64,000 bases of DNA from Selaginella moellendorffii. Lineage: Eukaryota > Plantae > Lycopodiophyta. Location of the stretch: contig NW_003314265.1 in the NCBI RefSeq assembly GCF_000143415.4, positions 980,815 to 1,044,814 on the forward strand. The letters are read 5' to 3'. The translations under genes and the position numbers were made by a program. Of the stretch, positions 58,426 to 64,000 are shown in pieces. The notes under the pieces were generated by a model. That model searched no databases. It was not told where the DNA came from and saw nothing but the letters and a program-made list of their open reading frames with translations. Each line of letters starts with the position of its first letter. The first letter of the stretch is position 1.

Positions 58426-58989
58426 CTTGAAGTTCAATTGAGAGCATCTAATTATTTTCTCTAAAAGTGTTATAGGAGAGAGCTTCCTTTATAGAAGATT
58501 CAAGTTGAAGCTAAGATCATTTAGTTTGAAGAATATATATTGCAATAAGGGTAATTAGATAGAAAAATCCATTCTTCTTGATAGTGGTGTGGGAGAAAAT
58601 GGGATTTAGTGGGATCTTGATAGATGTACAGGTTAGGAGATTCTAGTTACAAAATCTCCAAAGCGAGGAGAAGAAAGTGCATCAATTTCACAATCAATTA
58701 TGCAAGGAGTGAAGAATGAAGTTATTATTCTCTCTAGTGATGAAAATGAAGAAGATGAACTTCATGATATAGCTTCCCAAATAAGGAAGTGTGTTCTTTC
58801 TAAACTAATTTTTTTAAGCGGTGGATAAAGCATTTCGACAGTCTCAATCATTATGGTTGGAATTGAAGGAGTTCAAGTACATAAGAGGTGCGGAGTTTTT
58901 GTCTTTCTATAATAGAAATATATTCTTCAAATTTCCACCAGCTAATTCGTCAAGCAAGAAGAGGGGCATGGAGACACGTCTTGATCCAC

Positions 58990-60070
58990 ACTGCCTTGGC
59001 TTATGCTAAGTTCCTTTGCCAAGGTTCTCGCCTATGGTACCAGCTCCTATTTGGTTTCAGCTACTCACTGCACGAGCAACAAAGAGTTAGCCATCCGTCC
59101 ACGGATTCCCAAATCACTCCCAATCCCCCTCCCCAGGTTAGATTGGACTTAAGGTTCGGCTACACTCCCCGCAAGCACAAGCAGCCAAGCACACCAAGCT
59201 TCCAAGTTCCTAACATCCCTTGGTACCACAAGACTTGATCATGGGACCCTCTAAATCCTAAGTCTTGAGTGCAACATTTGCTTCGGGATGCCGGGGCGAA
59301 ACATCGTGGCCTAGCGGCCCAGTATGGGTACCTCTACCCCCCCACTTCCATCCCGAAGGAAGGCCCAAGCCCCTAGGAAGGGCGAGGACCAATGAGCCGC
59401 ATGGTACTCAAGTGGGGCACCACTCCACATGAGCCGGGAGCACCGCAATCGGTTTCCCTTTCGGGAGTGGGAGCTGCTCTTGAGCACTTCCTTGGATGGC
59501 CCCTCCGGCACTAACCAAGTCTATACTCACTCCCACCCAAGGCCCCTCGGTCCCAGTCTCAACCTCAAGTCGGTTTGGAAGCCCCACTGGAGAGTCCCTT
59601 CAAAACTGGTTCCTGGACCTCACTATCCCTACTATACTTTTGGAACCCCTTGCAGCCCCCCCCCCCCCCTGGGAGACGCACGCTTTGGGCTTTCACCCCT
59701 TGACCCGTATTAGTATTTGGACTTAGTCTCTGGCTCGATCTCAGACTCGATTTCGGATCCGACTTCGGATTCGGTCTCGAACTCGATCTCGGACCCAATC
59801 TCGGACCCGATCTCGGACTTGACCTCGGACTCGGTCTCGGACCCGATTTCGGATCTTGGACTCCGTCTCGAACTCGGTCTCGAACTCGGTCTCGAACTCA
59901 GTCCCCGGGTCGGCCTCGGACTTGATTCCGGACTCTATCTTGAACTCGGTTTCCGAGTCGGTCTTGGACTCGATCTTCGACTTGGTCCCATCCGATGAAC
60001 TCTTTGTCATTTTGGTCATGCTTTCGGGGTTCCTTTAGCCTACGACACCTCAGTGAGTTGGTTCCTTACA
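58990..60070 (-). mobile_element. truncated solo LTR of a family related to the 836-7844 element
   Basis: 59620-59725 is the reverse complement of the G-run/ccaaatactaatac block at 1480-1580. It carries a similar CCGAG-type minisatellite and ends ...TTACA at 60070. Confidence 0.8.
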
Positions 60071-60199
60071 TCCCATTCAATGGATCTGTATCCATAGTCC
60101 ATTGTGGTGAACAACTTCAGTGTGTTACATTTATGATTATGGCAAGAATATGTGTTTCTTTGAAAGCTCAGCGATTAATCCCTTTAGGTATGATGTGGT

Positions 60200-62810
60200 T
60201 ACTACATGGTTTAGATGTCACAAATATGGGGCAACTCCTATGTGTTGAGCATGTTGCGATACAAGGATGTATTATTTTCATCCATGGGATGGATGTTTAT
60301 GTAGGGCAACAATGCATGTTAGACACCACTAACATGCAATAGAGGAAGGAATCCGTCATGATTCTTTTCACAATTTGAAAGTTGTTATTACTATAGAGGC
60401 TAGGAAGAAAAGTGCCACAACTCCAAAGTGTGTTCAATAGTTTGTATTAAAGGACTATGTGGTGGACATGTTGTTACAATCTGATAGCAAAAAAGAGTTC
60501 ATGGAAAACAAATAGAAGGACTTGCTTTGAAATATAAAACCCGTGACAAATTTAAATAGGTATAAGATTAATACTTAACTCTACTTTGCCACTAATAACA
60601 CTCTCTTTTTTTTGGCAGATTAAAGAATTGGATGCAAGAAGGGCAAGATGGAAAGATTCAATCTGGATTAGATATGATTTTGGAGCTAAAGAGAAAATGT
60701 TCTTATGAGTTTATTCATGGGAGCTTGTTCGTTGGCCAATTGACTTCAAACAATCAATACCCTTTCATCTTTAAATTGTCAACCCTTGGACCTACTTCTA
60801 GTGTGGACCTTGTAGAGCAAATGGATATGGATGGAAATGGGGACTTAGTTAATTCCTGGATTCATTTCGACCACATGGGATAAGTTTTAGGCAGATTAAT
60901 TATAAAAGCCCATGTTTATGATCAGAAGTAAGTGGCTTCTCATTTTTTAAGGATTCTATACTAATTTACATTATACCCATTCCTTTTGTAGATTGCAGTG
61001 CAATCTGACTATAGCTATAGCTGAATTCAAAATTTAAAATTTCCAAACTCAAACCATTTTTTGGACATGCATATCCGAGGTTGTTAAACAATGAACCAAG
61101 AAGAAACCCAACTTCTATAGTTTTATGGTAGATGCTATTAATGCTAACTATTTAGTTGTGCAACAAGTGTTTGAAGGTGATAAAAGTCAACTATTACAAG
61201 GTAGAGAGAAGAGTTGTGAGTTTTATTAAGCAAAGAGTGTCAACAAACATTGCTAATGCATTAAATCTAACCTCCATCATGAGCTCAAGTACTTTGTTGA
61301 GAATGGATGCACCAATTAAAGAGGAGCACAAGGCAAAAGTATATGAGATATGTATATGGTGGTGTGAAGGAGACAAAATGTCAATTGAATGCCTTCCACA
61401 ATGGAATGCTGGCTTGTATAGTGGGAAGTTCAAATGTTTCAGTGGGGCTATTAAATTCTCCATATAAGTTTTCTCTCATTTTCTTTTTTTGTCACATTCA
61501 AATATTGCATTTTTCCTAGAATCAACCACTTGATGATATTGCACTTACACCAACAATTAATTTCTCTAAGAGAAAACATTAGAGTTCAACAACTTTTGAA
61601 ATAGGGAAAGGAAAAGTGTCCCTCTATAAAGCTACGCTCTTCGACCTCACTAGATCAATTGAGTAGTCATAAAAAACTTTGGTTGCACAAGAAGCAAAGT
61701 TTGTTGATATAGATCAAAACTTAGATAAACTTTAAGAGTAGGTTGGTAAAAAGACAACACAAACAATAGGGTCAATATTTAAGATGGTGAAGGAAGTTGT
61801 TATTAGAACTTCTATGGAATTAAGTTATGAACCACTTGGTGACATAAGGATAGCTCATATAAAGCATCAACAAACATGATGGGCCCAACATCACTCCTTT
61901 CAACTCTCACTATCTAGAGTTTGATTACCATTCTGTTCCATAACACTGGAGAAGAACTAAGGAATATGGAATGGAGGAGATACCAATTGTTACACAAGTA
62001 AATCTAATGTTAGAGGTTGAAAAGATTATTGCTCATGAGCCAATTTCTTGTATCAATTGGGTAATTTAAAGAGTCAATGCCAAGAGTAATGTGTGTTGCT
62101 CCAAAATGATTGGCAATCAAGGTTAGTGTTTTGCATTTGTGCGCTTAGGTTCGAGTTCTTCAGTAGTACCATCTTTCTAGGGCTGTTGAGATCTAGGGGT
62201 AAAGGGCCACTAGTCAAGCTGGATTTACTGTTGTAAAACTCATGCTATTTATACAAACTGGATCCACAACTCAATTATCTCAAAGCCAGATTTCATGCCA
62301 GAGGAGTGGCCAATTGAGCGAAGCTACAATCTTTTGAAAGAAGAGATTGAAAGTTTGGAGAGAGCAAGTTTCAAGCTAAAGACTTCCTCAAATGTTGCTA
62401 TTGATACTACTATGCCACTAATGTCAACATTAGACCAGCCAGCTAGAAATGGGAAAGCTATACAATATAGGTCTTCCATTTCAAAAGGTGCATAAGAAAA
62501 GATCAAGCTAGCAAAAGAGTTAAAGTGCACAATCACAAAAATATACTACATTAGTGTTGTGGCTAAAGAGTTTGTTGTTATGATTGAGTTGTCAAAGGGT
62601 ACTAATTACACTATCAGAATTTGCAAAAATCCATCTTGTACCTGTCCAGATTTTACACAGAGGGAGAACAGGGAAAAGGTATATTTAGCCTACAAGCATA
62701 TCTATTACATTTTTATGCAATAATTAAACCAAAATCCTCATATTGACCATCACATCCACTAGGAAAGCTTTACAATTGTGGAGCTTCAAAAGTGTTTTTA
62801 GATTGCTTTG
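60200..62810 (+). mobile_element. decayed SWIM-finger (MULE/Mutator-like) transposase relic
   Basis: Fragments WIHFDH..AHVYD and FMVDA..AN, and a SWIM-like YTIRICKNPSCTCPDF...YLAYKHIYYIF at about 62607-62720. Many stops. Confidence 0.6.
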
Positions 62811-63280
62811 AGTGTTTAGATCTATATTTATATTTGTATTTTATTGGTCAAATTTCCTTGGAAATATAGATTAAATCAAAATTTGAAAGATGAAAAAATG
62901 TTGGTTCAGGATGAACCAATGTTTTTCTTATGTTTAAGAAGTCATAAGCTTATGAGCTCAAAACTTACTTGGGCTTTAAGGGACAATTGAACAAGCTTGT
63001 ATCCATAACTTCTTCTCATATTTGTAGCTTTCCTTTTTACTTTTCCTTTCCTTTAACCCCATTTTTGGCTCCCTTCCCCTATAGCTATTATTTTTTATGC
63101 AACTTGATTCTCCAAAAGGTCAAGGCCATCATCAAAATTTGCACCACTCAAATCCTCTTCCTCCTTAGACTCATCTCCAAGCAATTCAAGATTCTCTATC
63201 TTAGTTTGCTCACTTTCTTGAGGATTGCTTAATGAAGCTTGAAAAACATTCTTTTACCCGCACTATGCCTGTGTTCCTTG

Positions 63281-64000
63281 TGTAAGCCACAAATTTTTCC
63301 TTTCCAATTTGCTAGCTTACCTCATCTATCCGACCAACGCTGCCTTGGCTTTTGCTAAGTTCCCTTATCAAGGTTCCCTCCTATTGTTCCAGCTCCTACT
63401 TGGTCCTACTTGGTTTCAGCTATTCACTGCACGAGCAACAGAGCGTTAGCCATCCATCCACGGATTCCCAAATCTCTCCCAATCCCCCTCCCTGGGTTAA
63501 ATTGGACTTAAGGTTCAGCTACACTCTCCGCAAGCACAAACAACCAAGAACACCAAGCCTCCAGGTTTTTAACATCCCTTGGTACAACAAGACTTGATTA
63601 TGGGACCCTCTAAATCCCAAGCCTTGGGTGCAACACTTGCTTCGGGATACCGGGGCGAAACACCGTGGCCTATCAGCCCGGTATAGGTACCTCTACCCCC
63701 GCCCACTTCTATCCCGAAGGGAAGGCCCAAGCCCCTAGGAAGGGTGAAGACCAATGAGCCACAAAGTACTCAAGTGGGGCACCACTTCACATGAGTCGGG
63801 AGCACCATAGTCGGTTTCCCTTTCGGGAGTGGGAGCTGCTTTTAAGCACTTCCTTGGGTGGCCCCTCCGGCACCACCCAAGTCCATGCTCCCAGTCTCAA
63901 CCTCAAGTCAGTTGGAACGCATTACTGAAGAGTTCTTTCAAGACTGGTTCCTGGACCTCACTATTTGGACCAAACCGCAAAAACCCGGCCGGAGCAGAAT
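63281..64000 (-). mobile_element. LTR (second copy of the 58990-60070 family), runs to the window end
   Basis: Begins TGTAAGCC. 63340-63965 is colinear with 58991-59625. Confidence 0.82.

Larger units (their letters stand above)
53501..58980. mobile_element. AT-rich graveyard of degenerate TE fragments (retroviral-type protease/pol relics, possible Helitron 5' end)
   Basis: Protease-like QRILVNSGAG near 55045, a PBS TGGTATCAGAG at 56953, TCTATATAAATAAAG at 53501, and no intact ORFs. Confidence 0.5.

Overview
Eukaryotic (plant) nuclear DNA. Very short GT-AG introns (about 45-60 nt), tiny intergenic distances and several intronless PLS/DYW PPR genes point to a lycophyte such as Selaginella (inference, not verified). 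1-9.7 kb: a full-length but coding-decayed LTR retrotransposon (836-7844, GAGGC TSD) nested in older TE debris. 9.7-51.6 kb: a very dense gene island with a BTB/POZ protein, four PPR editing-type proteins (two with DYW deaminase domains), Hsp33, MORC ATPase, tRNA-Cys, cpSRP54, an RNI-like LRR protein, a cytochrome P450, HDA15, an HPP protein, DnaJ, a SAM protein and a bacterial-type HD hydrolase, plus several decayed local gene-fragment duplications. 51.7-64 kb: TE graveyard with LTRs, a SWIM/MULE relic, inverted and tandem repeats. The most interesting signal is an operon-like co-oriented chain (LRR, 9 nt gap, PPR-DYW, cpSRP54, tRNA-Cys, a spliced small ORF whose stop overlaps the start of a second DYW-type PPR). 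Also notable: a candidate horizontally acquired COG4339-type HD gene, an Hsp33 with an altered Cys motif sharing a 65-bp divergent spacer with MORC, and a P450 lacking the canonical I-helix acid residue. All family names come from motif recognition, not database searches.
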